This document shows positions 36,716 to 46,420 of a stretch of 64,000 nt of DNA, piece after piece. Location: positions 34,711 through 98,710 of IMG/VR virus record IMGVR_UViG_3300026484_000248. One strand, 5' to 3'. Every line of letters begins with the position of its first letter. Within the stretch, counting starts at the first letter, position 1. The notes beneath the pieces are model-generated. The model was not told the origin of the DNA, made no database searches, and worked only from the letters and a program-made list of their open reading frames with translations. Origin of the DNA: a virus. Its lineage: Duplodnaviria > Heunggongvirae > Uroviricota > Caudoviricetes. The position numbers and the translations under genes are program-made.

Positions 36716-39436
36716 CTATAACTTTTTACTAAATTTCAAAATATCTTCGTCTTGAAAATATTTGGCTTCACCTTTAATATAACCTATACTTTTAATGAAT
36801 TTTAAGAATTTTGTTTTGACATTTAACTCAGAATCTATTTTTGCTATTTCATTTATACTATATCTACTCTTTAATTTTAAAGTTCCTGATAGAAGACTAA
36901 TGTAACTAAGAAATTCTGTATAAGACTTATTCTGTAAACTCGACACATCTCCCGAAATAGTTTGAGATAACAAATAAAGGCTGTAAGTTTGTGAATTAAA
37001 AGCCTTTTTAGCTATGCGTAATTTAGTTATCATTCCTAGATATTTAAAATTTGTTTCTAATTGCTTTTCAGTTAAAAATAAAATCTCATCTTTTGTTAAA
37101 TTACCTTTAAATTTTTCTTGTATCTCAAGTGCTAGAAGTTCTACAGTTTCAGACTTAGAAAGTTCAACAGTTTTATTCCTTAAAGCATCAATATCAGCAA
37201 GGCTAAAATCTTTGTTTTCCCATTCTTTGAGAACTTTTATTTGATCTTGTTTCTCTTGATTTTTGATTTCTTTAATTGTTTCTTTTAAGTCAAATTTTTT
37301 ATCTTCAATATAGATATTGAAGATATTACCAGTAAACTGATGTTCTAATAATATCTTAAAAGCATTTGCATGGTTATTTTTAGTAATATTAAAAAAAGCT
37401 TCTATTTTGTTTACATAAGAACCCAATTTGGTTAATTTTAGTTTACCGGTTTTATAATCCACATCAACTAGCAATGTAGCGTCTTTATTGGTATAAAAAT
37501 TATTAATGTTTGTCTCTGCGATTGAGTTGATACTTTTAACATCAGTATCAAAATAAAATTGCCTTTCCTCTAAAAAATAATGAATTTCTTCTGCTGTTCT
37601 ACTTCTTTTAATCATCTGAAGACTCGAAACCACATCTGTACTCATCCCTGAGTCATAATGAAAATGTTTTCTAACATTATTAAGATTGGAAACTCCAACA
37701 GTTAAAGTGGGTGAATATAAAATAACTTCATAAGCATTATGTTTAAATTCTTTAAATTTTTTGAAGATTATCTCTTTAGTATAAGAAGGGGTCTCAGCAT
37801 TAAGCATAATTACTTTTACTCCTGCTCTTTTTAACTTTAAATCTATTGCTTTCATTATGTTATTACTTGTAAAAGATGCAGTTAAATGAGTTCCTTTTTC
37901 TAATAACTTGGATTCTTCTATTAAAGTACTTGCAAAATGTTCTTTGTTTTTGTATTCAAATAATTTAATATCATCACGGTAAACATTATCAATCATAGAA
38001 ATAGACCTCTTATTGAAAAAAATATCTTCATAACCAGTTAAAAATGCATCAGCCACTAAAGTTCTTTTAGTATCAAGTAAGATTTTAAACTTAACAATAT
38101 TAATATTAGAGTTTGGAGTAAGATTACTTCGATGGTGAAATAAAAGTGATATAAACTCATCAAGAATAACAACATCAAATTTATCAATATCAAATCTGTG
38201 CAAACTATCAAATTGCACTACAAGGCTTTGATTTTGCTTCCAAGCATCCTTATCTTTGTACCACATCATATCATATTTTTCGGCAAAATCTTGTGCCACT
38301 GATACTCTATTAGAAATTAAAATTACTCTTTCTTTTCTTTTGTGGGCTTTCTGTATGCATACTTCTATTCCGTTAGATTTGGCAGTCCCCATTGCTGATT
38401 TAATCTTTAAAATATCTTTATTACTTTCTAAAAATTTATCAATTATCTCGGACTTTCTACTATCACTAAAATCTAAATAACGCTCGTCACATTTATAATA
38501 AGTATTATATTTAAAAGTATTTTCTTTAATTAACTGATGTCTCTGTTCATCTTTTGTTTTGTTTTTAAGCCATTTCTTACCCACCGGAGTAGTTTTAAGT
38601 AAATTAAAAATACTTACAGTTCGATCTTTATTATGATGATTCATTACTAAAGGTTGAGTACTAAACCAAAAGAAGCCACCTGGTGATTTAACTTCACTTG
38701 TATGAGTAAAATTAATTGCACCTTCTGTAGATAAAGAATTTCTGATAGGACTATAACCTAAAGTAGCAAAAATTGAAATACATTCATCTATAACCTCATT
38801 ATTATAAGAAACTTCTACTTTATAATTATTACCCATAGATTCTTTTATGTTTTCAATATGCACATCTTTGTCAGTAAATTTGATGCCTTTTTCATTATAA
38901 TGAACTATCATTTTAGAATGGCTAGGTGCCTGATACGATTGTAGACTCCCGACTGTTAAATCAACTTTACATTTAGAACCCAATTCAATCTGTAGTTGAG
39001 TCAAAGCAACTTTTATTATTTCATATTTATTCTCAAAAGAAACCCTTAATATTCCTTTCATATTAAAACAATCTTTACCATTCCAACTTCTTGACTTACC
39101 AAGAATGCAACTAAAATTTTTATCTTTAAAATATTCTATAGTTTCTAAATAATCTTCTTTGGTAGTTATCTTATCCAAATCTAAGATTATATTTTTTAAT
39201 CTCTTATATGCGTATGGTTTGAGGTGCTTTTGATCTCTGATTATTTGAGTGGGTTCTTTAAGATTAAGTGGTTGAGAAAGTGTAAAATGATTAGTCATCA
39301 TTTGAAATGCTACACTTAAAGTTTCACTTTCTTTATTGGCAAAAAGGAAAGATTCGTCTACATATTTCGAAACAACATGCTTTGCTTTTTTCGGGTTTTC
39401 AGTACCATTAAACATAGTTATCTGTATTGCTGCCAA
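36716..39436 (-). CDS. large P-loop NTPase (Walker A SAMGTAKS, Walker B VVILDEF) - putative replicative primase/helicase-like protein
   Basis: It is 906 aa with a central NTPase core and N-terminal and C-terminal extensions of unknown family; a 545-bp AT-rich non-coding region lies upstream. Confidence 0.45.
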   Translation of the reverse strand: MAAIQITMFNGTENPKKAKHVVSKYVDESFLFANKESETLSVAFQMMTNHFTLSQPLNLKEPTQIIRDQKHLKPYAYKRLKNIILDLDKITTKEDYLETIEYFKDKNFSCILGKSRSWNGKDCFNMKGILRVSFENKYEIIKVALTQLQIELGSKCKVDLTVGSLQSYQAPSHSKMIVHYNEKGIKFTDKDVHIENIKESMGNNYKVEVSYNNEVIDECISIFATLGYSPIRNSLSTEGAINFTHTSEVKSPGGFFWFSTQPLVMNHHNKDRTVSIFNLLKTTPVGKKWLKNKTKDEQRHQLIKENTFKYNTYYKCDERYLDFSDSRKSEIIDKFLESNKDILKIKSAMGTAKSNGIEVCIQKAHKRKERVILISNRVSVAQDFAEKYDMMWYKDKDAWKQNQSLVVQFDSLHRFDIDKFDVVILDEFISLLFHHRSNLTPNSNINIVKFKILLDTKRTLVADAFLTGYEDIFFNKRSISMIDNVYRDDIKLFEYKNKEHFASTLIEESKLLEKGTHLTASFTSNNIMKAIDLKLKRAGVKVIMLNAETPSYTKEIIFKKFKEFKHNAYEVILYSPTLTVGVSNLNNVRKHFHYDSGMSTDVVSSLQMIKRSRTAEEIHYFLEERQFYFDTDVKSINSIAETNINNFYTNKDATLLVDVDYKTGKLKLTKLGSYVNKIEAFFNITKNNHANAFKILLEHQFTGNIFNIYIEDKKFDLKETIKEIKNQEKQDQIKVLKEWENKDFSLADIDALRNKTVELSKSETVELLALEIQEKFKGNLTKDEILFLTEKQLETNFKYLGMITKLRIAKKAFNSQTYSLYLLSQTISGDVSSLQNKSYTEFLSYISLLSGTLKLKSRYSINEIAKIDSELNVKTKFLKFIKSIGYIKGEAKYFQDEDILKFSKKL

Positions 39437-39865
39437 TTCCTTTCCTTCTTTTTTTATTATTATAACTTTTTTATACTTAATTTAATTAAAAAATAGTTGT
39501 ATTACCTATCCGAAACTATTCTAATTTAGTTCCGTATTTTTATAAAGACATTATGTTATAACTTTTTAATTTGTTGAATTTTCATTTCTAAAATACCACT
39601 CTTTAAATGGTATTTATTTTTATATTAAGTAATTTTAATATATTTTTCTCTATAAATAGAAAGTTATAATACTTTATAAAACCTCATCATAAGTAAAAAT
39701 TGGAATGAATAAAACACTAAAAGTTGTTCTTTTAAAACTTTGCATTTTCTTTGTTTTATAAGGTTTAACTAAAACGCTTCTTCCCTTTGTCAAAATACTA
39801 ATATTTTTTCTAATTATTTTTTCTTTTCTTGTGATTATCATTGTATATCCTTAAAATTTATAATA

Positions 39866-39990
39866 TAATTGTATCATAATAAACTTAAAATAGGTTTAAA
39901 TAAAATACTCTGGAAATTCAGTTCTAATATCTTCTAATCTTTTTGAAAAGAACTTATTGTTTTATGTTATTTTCAATGTATTCTAACAAT
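39866..39990 (-). pseudogene. duplicated fragment: promoter + 3' end of a PEYFI-family gene (copy of 40229..40377 with a 24-nt internal deletion)
   Basis: A near-identical 125-bp direct repeat includes the ...TEFPEYFI-encoding end and the taatataattgta(a/t)cataataaac promoter motif. Confidence 0.5.
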
Positions 39991-40198
39991 TATATTGATT
40001 ATTTAATGCTGTTTCATAAGCTACTTCAGAAACAAGTTCCATTAATTCAGCCATATCGTCTTTATTTAATTCGCACACATTATTAGATAAATATCTTCCG
40101 TAAAATTCTTCTGGTGTAACTCCAGCTACTCTTAATAAAGCATCTTTATCAACTGGTAACCAATTATAAAATTCCTCTTGTGTATTAAATACTAACAT
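39983..40198 (-). CDS. hypothetical small protein
   Basis: It is a 71-aa ORF with a promoter at 40211-40245. Confidence 0.35.
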   Translation of the reverse strand: MLVFNTQEEFYNWLPVDKDALLRVAGVTPEEFYGRYLSNNVCELNKDDMAELMELVSEVAYETALNNQYNC

Positions 40199-40262
40199 TT
40201 GTTTCTCCTGTAATTATAATGTTTTGTTAATATAATTGTAACATAATAAACTTAAAATAAGT

Positions 40263-40550
40263 TTAAATAAAATACTCTGGAAATTCAGTTCTAATATCTT
40301 CTAATCTTTTTGAAAAGAACTTATTGTCTTCTTTTATTTTCCAATTTATGTTATTTTCAAGGTATTCTAACAATGCTCCGAGATTGTCAAAAATCTGATA
40401 CTCTTTCGCTTGTATTTTAACGCCACCGTAATAAGTTTCGTAATTTCCCATATTGGAACTTATTTTAATAACCTCTTTTGCTATATTAAAAATAGCTGGG
40501 GTTACTTCACCGTATGTGTTTTCCGGGTTAAAATATATATAGGTTTTCAT
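40263..40550 (-). CDS. PEYFI-tail family small protein (ends ...TEFPEYFI)
   Basis: It has the C-terminal motif and is the fifth family member. Confidence 0.45.
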   Translation of the reverse strand: MKTYIYFNPENTYGEVTPAIFNIAKEVIKISSNMGNYETYYGGVKIQAKEYQIFDNLGALLEYLENNINWKIKEDNKFFSKRLEDIRTEFPEYFI

Positions 40551-40813
40551 ATGTCTAAAAAGCTTAATTTATAGGGATTTTCATCTATAAAATATAAACT
40601 TTTATTAACCCACATTCTTGTATTATTTTTATCCAATTCCCAAGTTATTATATTATTAATATTTGCTTTATACATTATAATAGTATCTGATTTCAAATCA
40701 AAACAACAGCTTGATTCTAATATATCTTCAGGCCTAATTTCACCCTGAAAACATTCATTTTCAGAAATAAATTTTAAAATATTTTTTGGCATTTGTATTG
40801 CGTATTCTTCCAT
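40547..40813 (-). CDS. hypothetical small protein
   Basis: It is an 88-aa ORF with a 4-nt overlap. Confidence 0.35.
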   Translation of the reverse strand: MEEYAIQMPKNILKFISENECFQGEIRPEDILESSCCFDLKSDTIIMYKANINNIITWELDKNNTRMWVNKSLYFIDENPYKLSFLDI

Positions 40814-40821
40814 AACAACTA

Positions 40822-42183
40822 CTATAGTAAAATATGAACATTTTGCTTAGATCTAGTACAAGCAACATAAAACAATCGTAACAAATCTGTATCATTTACA
40901 TAACCCAGGTTACTCATATCAACAAAGACATCTATATAGCTTGAGCCTTGTAGTTTGTGCGTAGTACTAGAAAACTGTGGTTTTACTTCCAAAAATACTG
41001 CTAATAAGTCAAAGTACATTTTCCAAGCCATCCTATCTTTTTGTTTAATGGCATTCGCTTTTAATAGTGCACAAGCATGTTCGTAATCTACTTTTGATTC
41101 TTCAGCCAACATATTAAACTTCCTACCATCGGTAGTTGTGCACTTGTATCCTTTAAAAATCTTACCTTTAAAATCAAAATCCGTAAAAGTACTTTGCTTA
41201 AGACTTAAAACTTCAGAATTAACAAACCCGTTTTGCCCAAATTCTAAATTATCTTGAGTACTTTGCTGCACTACAAATAAATCTAAAGGATGGATTTCTG
41301 GAATTTCCCCATTTTCATCTTTAGTATAATAACTTCTGATACTTGTATTATATTTTTCAACATTAGCATTCGTAAATGTTGCTATTACATCGTCATCATT
41401 TCCTAATCTATCTTTTTTAATAAACTCACCGATAAATTCTTTTTTAGTTTTGTAGAATTTTATTTTATTATGGGCACCAGCATCTCGTTCTTTTACTAAG
41501 TAATTAAATAAATCATATTTAGTCATATTAGAACTTATCATAGAACGGATTTTTGTTACGAAATTTATAACTTCCATATCTGTATTTCTAATAAGTTCTG
41601 ATAGATTATAGTGATTTATCGAACTATTATCATATATGGCGTGATTAGTGTGTGTTTCTCCCACTGGTAAAAGTTGAAACTCGTCGCCTATAAACAGAAA
41701 AGAACTAATTCTAGAATTTTGATACATTTCTTCTTTAAGAAATTTAAACATTTCTTTCGACACCATCGAACTCTCATCTAGAATACAAATATCAAATTTT
41801 TCTTTTGCTAATGAGCTCATTGTTTTATTACTTGTATCTTTTACAAATTTTTGCTCTCCTGTTTCCACATTAACTTTACCAGGCTTTAAACCTAAAAATG
41901 AATGTAAAGACGCAAAACTCAATTTCTTATGTTGGATTCCTATTGTATTCCTAATAACTTTTGTGGCCTGGTGCGTAGGAGCCACTACTGCTATCTTAAA
42001 ATTCATATTCAATAAGGTTTGAACTATCTTTTTTGATAAAAAGGTTTTGCCTGTCCCTGCTGGGCCTTTCAAAGATACCCAAGAATGTTCAGCAAATATA
42101 TCACCATTTCTAACTTCCTTAATATCTTCTATTATACTATTATAAGCATGTTCTTGCTCTTCTGTTAATTTAATATTTTCCAT
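40822..42183 (-). CDS. dda: Dda-like SF1B DNA helicase
   Basis: It has GPAGTGKT, ILDESSM, THKLQGSSYIDVFV and YVACTRSKQNVHI and is collinear with T4 Dda (439 aa); a promoter lies at 42191-42219. Confidence 0.75.
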   Translation of the reverse strand: MENIKLTEEQEHAYNSIIEDIKEVRNGDIFAEHSWVSLKGPAGTGKTFLSKKIVQTLLNMNFKIAVVAPTHQATKVIRNTIGIQHKKLSFASLHSFLGLKPGKVNVETGEQKFVKDTSNKTMSSLAKEKFDICILDESSMVSKEMFKFLKEEMYQNSRISSFLFIGDEFQLLPVGETHTNHAIYDNSSINHYNLSELIRNTDMEVINFVTKIRSMISSNMTKYDLFNYLVKERDAGAHNKIKFYKTKKEFIGEFIKKDRLGNDDDVIATFTNANVEKYNTSIRSYYTKDENGEIPEIHPLDLFVVQQSTQDNLEFGQNGFVNSEVLSLKQSTFTDFDFKGKIFKGYKCTTTDGRKFNMLAEESKVDYEHACALLKANAIKQKDRMAWKMYFDLLAVFLEVKPQFSSTTHKLQGSSYIDVFVDMSNLGYVNDTDLLRLFYVACTRSKQNVHILL

Positions 42184-42190
42184 ACCCTTC

Positions 42191-42219
42191 CTTTATAATA
42201 AATTATAACATTTTTTTAC
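42191..42219 (-). promoter_or_regulatory. early-type promoter (TGTTATAAT on minus strand)
   Basis: The plus strand reads ctttataataaattataacatttttttac, 20 nt upstream of the dda ATG. Confidence 0.45.
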
Positions 42220-43145
42220 TTAAAAGGATTAATAATTTCCCCAATATACAATCCAACTAAGTTAAGTTTTTTCTTGATGTTCAAACTAACCCTGGATCGT
42301 TTAGAAAAACCTAAAGGTTTAGAAGAAGAAGTTTTTAATAGTGCTTCTGATATAACTTTAACATCCTTAGTAGAAAGATTGGAGTAAATCACGTCTCCTT
42401 TTCGGAGAACATTAAAAAATTTAGATTGTTTTAATTTAGTAATAGCCACTTTTTTATCGTGTTCTTTTCTTATAGTAGATATTTCACCGTTGATTAAAGT
42501 TATTTCTTTATCTTTAGTTATCTCACTTTTTTTGGTAATTTCTTTTTGAATAGAAGAGTGCTCTCCATTTTCAAGTTGAAAAATTTTCCTTCTGGTTTTG
42601 GCCATTTTTTTATGTCCTTCTTGATACGAAGTAGTTTTCATGCCTTCTTTGTTTATATACGATTCTTTCCTTTTAGATGCACCTTTAATGGCACCTATTT
42701 GTGCTTTAGAAAATTTCCTTCCGTCTTTGTAAACTATTTCACTAAGCATTTTACTATGTTTTATACTTCTATTTTCCATTTTCTTTTGAAATTCTTCTGG
42801 GGCAATTAAATCTTCCTTTTTTATTTTCTTTTTTGCAATATCTTGTGTATGCATCCTAGTAAAAGCACTTAATTGACTATAGTTATCTATGGCTTCGGTA
42901 AGCATCCAATGAGCGTGATAATGGTCTGAGTGTTTTAGGTGCGTTCCGTTCCACGGATGTTCTTTAAGATTACTGTATTCTGGAAAACAAGACTTAGCTT
43001 TGGGTAAAATATGGTGATGAGATGTTTTACCTTTTATTTTTTCTTGATTTTTTTCTATACAGTAATTTATATACTGTATTAGTTTTCTTTGTGATTTTAT
43101 TTTAATACTTGAGGCTAAGAACTTTTGTAGTATTTTATTTTTCAT
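42216..43145 (-). CDS. HNH homing endonuclease with NUMOD3-like C-terminal repeats
   Basis: It has an N-terminal HHHILPK...NL....WNGTHL..DHYHAHW (HNH core) and C-terminal T/S-K-E repeats; it is paralogous to 44007..45128 and 50558..51481. Confidence 0.65.
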   Translation of the reverse strand: MKNKILQKFLASSIKIKSQRKLIQYINYCIEKNQEKIKGKTSHHHILPKAKSCFPEYSNLKEHPWNGTHLKHSDHYHAHWMLTEAIDNYSQLSAFTRMHTQDIAKKKIKKEDLIAPEEFQKKMENRSIKHSKMLSEIVYKDGRKFSKAQIGAIKGASKRKESYINKEGMKTTSYQEGHKKMAKTRRKIFQLENGEHSSIQKEITKKSEITKDKEITLINGEISTIRKEHDKKVAITKLKQSKFFNVLRKGDVIYSNLSTKDVKVISEALLKTSSSKPLGFSKRSRVSLNIKKKLNLVGLYIGEIINPFK

Positions 43146-43259
43146 TATGTTATCCTATAATTTAATAAACGAAGTGTCGAGCTTCTGGAAACTCGGCGTA
43201 ACAATTTTCTATATAGTATATAACCATTATAGAAATAAAGTTAGATTGTTACTTAAGAG

Positions 43260-43985
43260 TTAAAATACATATATTCCAAGTGGTTCAAATAATCCTTCTA
43301 ATTCTTCTTCTGATTTATCTATTAAGGCTTCACCTTTACTTTGCATATCAGCATAATTTATTTCTGAACCATTTACTAATTGGCTGTTATATTTTCCCAT
43401 TACTGTACTCCACATTACCCAAGCTTCACCCTCTGCCCTTTTTTTAATCCATTGATTACCGTAAATATTATCTATTTCCATCGGTGAATATTCTAATCCC
43501 ACTTCGAGTACCGCTACACTTGACATTGGTTGTTCATAAAATCTAAGTATCTTTGTATTAAAATTAAAATCGAAATTAACTTGAACATCAAAGATACTTC
43601 TAAGGTTAGACATTTTAGCCATTCTTTGTGTCATACTTTGAATATCTATATTAGAAACATTATCTTGCATATCTAATGAAATAGGATTCATGGCCAAGGT
43701 ATAACCAGCAGGTATGTTAATAAATGTAGAATAAGTACTTGATGCTTGCAGGCCAGTTACTGCTATAATATCGTCTGATAACTTATAATCCAATTTACCT
43801 GGTTCTAAGTTCACTAATAATGTTTCTTGTGTACAACCATCATATGCATACTCCGAATAAACCTCTATACTTTTATCTATACAATCATTAAGCATATCTT
43901 CTGTAAGTTCGACTTTTAATAGGGGTGCCCCAAGCCTTCTTTTAATATACTCTCTTAATGCTTCTGCTGTTTTAATTTTCGCCAT
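43260..43985 (-). CDS. neck protein, T4 gp13-like
   Basis: The N-terminus IKRRLGAPLLKVELTEDMLNDCIDKSIEVYSEYAYDG matches T4 gp13 ([35 protein letters not shown]); a TATAAATA late promoter lies at 44003-44014. Confidence 0.65.
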   Translation of the reverse strand: MAKIKTAEALREYIKRRLGAPLLKVELTEDMLNDCIDKSIEVYSEYAYDGCTQETLLVNLEPGKLDYKLSDDIIAVTGLQASSTYSTFINIPAGYTLAMNPISLDMQDNVSNIDIQSMTQRMAKMSNLRSIFDVQVNFDFNFNTKILRFYEQPMSSVAVLEVGLEYSPMEIDNIYGNQWIKKRAEGEAWVMWSTVMGKYNSQLVNGSEINYADMQSKGEALIDKSEEELEGLFEPLGIYVF

Positions 43986-44002
43986 AGGTTACCTCTTTAA
44001 TA

Positions 44003-44014
44003 TTATTTATATAC
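44003..44014 (-). promoter_or_regulatory. late promoter TATAAATA (minus strand) for gp13-like gene
   Basis: The minus strand reads gtatataaataata, about 20 nt upstream of the ATG at 43985. Confidence 0.4.
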
Positions 44015-45128
44015 TCACTTCTTCAACATATAAACCCACTAGATGACTCAAGTCCTTCTTAATTAGCCAATTCTTAGATTTAGTAGATTTGCCTAACCAA
44101 TTGTTTTTAGTAAATCTTACTAGAGTACTATATATTTCTTTTAATTTAATTTGGGGAACATTTTCGCTGACCAAAACCCCTTTATTAAAAATGTTAAAGA
44201 AACGCCCTTTCTCAATTTTGGTTTTCAATTCTTTCTTTTTGGCTTCTTTAGCTACAGTAGTTAAATTACCATTTTCATTATAAAACTCTTTATTCATAGC
44301 TTTCGAAATTAACTTGCCTCTTATTTTTTCCCTCGATAATTTTTTTCCTTCGTACATCTGCTCTTTCTGCATAGTTATGTTTCTCGCCTTAATAGATTCT
44401 TTGGCTATAGAAGTTGCTACTCCATCTTCATTTATAAACATTTGAGTCCTAGTGAAAGCACTTTTTCTAGCTGATTCTATAAATCTATTTATCGGTTGGC
44501 TGTTACCGTCTAGTATTTTTTTAGTCATAGTATTGAAACGGTTACTCACCATTAGTACTTCTGCCCCGCTTGCCTTTCTAGTTTTTGCACCTTTCTTGGA
44601 AGCTTCTTTGGATATTGAAGTGAGCCTACCTTTATCGTCAAAATAAGGTTTGGTTAGTTTTTCTACCCGTTTCCTACAAGCTTCTTTTTTTCTTGTGGTA
44701 TGTAACCCTCCTACTTCTATAGGTCTTCTCAAAAAATCTTCCCTATCTTTATAAGCCTTTTCTAATTTAACTTGGAACTCACCTTCAGGAATTAGGTCTA
44801 CTTCTGTTATTCTTTTATTCTTAATATCACAGTTATGCATTTTTGTGAATGCCAATAATTGACCATAATCATCTATAGCTTCGGTAAGTAACCAGTGAGC
44901 CTTGTAGTGTTTGCAGTACATTAAATGAACTCCATTCCACGGATTTTCTTTAAGGTTATTATAAGTTTCAAAAAGTTTATTTGGTAGAATGTGATGATGG
45001 CTGGTTTCACCTTTTATTCTATTTTCTTGATTATTTCTTAAACAATAATCTATATACTTCTTTATTTTTTCTGTTGATTTTATTTTAATATCTGAGTCTA
45101 AGAACTCTTGTAGTATTTTATTTTTCAT
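44007..45128 (-). CDS. HNH homing endonuclease with NUMOD3-like repeats
   Basis: It has HHHILPNKLF..NL....WNGVHL..KHYKAHW and repeated ..S/TIAKE..KKG.KTR.. modules. Confidence 0.65.
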   Translation of the reverse strand: MKNKILQEFLDSDIKIKSTEKIKKYIDYCLRNNQENRIKGETSHHHILPNKLFETYNNLKENPWNGVHLMYCKHYKAHWLLTEAIDDYGQLLAFTKMHNCDIKNKRITEVDLIPEGEFQVKLEKAYKDREDFLRRPIEVGGLHTTRKKEACRKRVEKLTKPYFDDKGRLTSISKEASKKGAKTRKASGAEVLMVSNRFNTMTKKILDGNSQPINRFIESARKSAFTRTQMFINEDGVATSIAKESIKARNITMQKEQMYEGKKLSREKIRGKLISKAMNKEFYNENGNLTTVAKEAKKKELKTKIEKGRFFNIFNKGVLVSENVPQIKLKEIYSTLVRFTKNNWLGKSTKSKNWLIKKDLSHLVGLYVEEVSI

Positions 45129-45200
45129 GATGTTATCCTATAATTTAATTTTATAAACTAAATTTCCCAGGTTATGCTCCAACTTGCTTTTAATCTCCTA

Positions 45201-45683
45201 TTATTCTGTTTCTATTCTAACATCAAAGTCTTCTGATACTTTCTGAAGGTCCGATACTAAATCCTCTATAGCCTCTACTTCAGCAGGAGTGTCGACAGAT
45301 TTTTTTACAGTTGATAAGAAATTATCTGATATTTCTTTTAATTCGTCCACTTCTTTTTGTATATTTTTCTTTATTACTTTTTTGGGTTTTTCTTTTCTTC
45401 TCTTAGCTTCTTTTGCCATAAATTCTTCAATTCCGTTAGGTATAAATACAGGAGTTGCTAGATAAGATGAAAATCCAGTCACTTCACCAATCATAACAAA
45501 GTGCTGAGGGTAAAATTTGGTGTAAGCATCTTCAGTAACTACTTGCTCTTTTTTAAATGTTTTTTCTCTTCCCATTAAACTTAAAGTTATTTCGGGTTGA
45601 TTAATTAATACTTTGTATTTTAGCATTTTGTATCCTTCTTTTATAGTATTTATAGTATATTTAAAGTTTAATTTATACCTCAA
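45201..45683 (-). CDS. hypothetical protein
   Basis: It is a 160-aa ORF. Confidence 0.35.
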   Translation of the reverse strand: MRYKLNFKYTINTIKEGYKMLKYKVLINQPEITLSLMGREKTFKKEQVVTEDAYTKFYPQHFVMIGEVTGFSSYLATPVFIPNGIEEFMAKEAKRRKEKPKKVIKKNIQKEVDELKEISDNFLSTVKKSVDTPAEVEAIEDLVSDLQKVSEDFDVRIETE

Positions 45684-45719
45684 TCTTTATCGACACCTTA
45701 GTATTCTTGGCTATGCATA

Positions 45720-45970
45720 TTTTCCCTTTTTCTTTAGGAACTCCTGGCGTTATTAAGTCGACTTTTGTTATACATAGCGTAAAAAGCACTTAACTGGCTA
45801 TATTTACTCACTGCTTCAGTAAATAACTAATGAGTATAATAGTGGCCAGAGTACTAAGAATCCGCTTTGGGAGTATATGATGATGTAAAAATTTGCTAAG
45901 TCCTTTATCGTTTAATATTCTTTTTCCTTGATTATTTACTAAACAGTGATCTATATACTTTTTCATTTAT
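45720..45970 (-). pseudogene. decayed N-terminal fragment of an HNH homing endonuclease (MKKYIDHCLVNNQGKRILNDKGLSKFLHHHILPKRIL..stop)
   Basis: The translation matches the N-termini of 44007..45128 and 50558..51481 and then hits stops. Confidence 0.5.
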
Positions 45971-46055
45971 AAGAGTGTGAAATTAGCGCCTTCACATTAT
46001 ATGCTATTCAGAGACCACTAAGAGTGGATAGTATATATTATCTCTCATTTGTTTT

Positions 46056-46063
46056 ATAAATAA
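46056..46063 (+). promoter_or_regulatory. late promoter TATAAATA upstream of the sheath gene
   Basis: gttttataaataatatt lies about 155 nt upstream of the ATG at 46218; a hairpin GTGCTTATTTAAGCAC precedes the RBS. Confidence 0.3.
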
Positions 46064-46217
46064 TATTAGACAAGACGAAGTATATATACCTTGGTTAACC
46101 ATATCCTGAGGGTTATATGGATCTCCCAAGCGAACTTTTGGTTACTAAGTTCTTAAAAATATATACTCTTGTACTTTCAAGTAACTAGTGCTTATTTAAG
46201 CACAAAGGAGAATTATT

Positions 46218-46420
46218 ATGGCACAAATGTCGCCGGGCGTTCAAGTGAATGAGATTGATTTATCAATCGTAGTACCAATGTTAGGAAATGCAACTGCATG
46301 TTTCGCAGGTGTTTTTACAAAAGGTCCAAGTGATAAATTTTTATTAATCACAAATGGAGAAGAATTAATTCAATATTATGGAGGCCCTACTAACGCAAAT
46401 TATAATGACTGGTCAGTTTT
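46218..46420 (+). CDS. tail sheath protein (T4 gp18-like) exon 1 (3' boundary approximate, somewhere between 46417 and 46431)
   Basis: MAQMSPGVQVNEIDLS..GNATACFAGVFTKGP..ITNGEELIQYYGGPTNANYNDW aligns with the T4 gp18 N-terminus (SPGIELKET...ALAGKF.WGP..I..VTNE.DLV..FG.PT...ADYF); the RBS is AAAGGAGAA. Confidence 0.75.
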
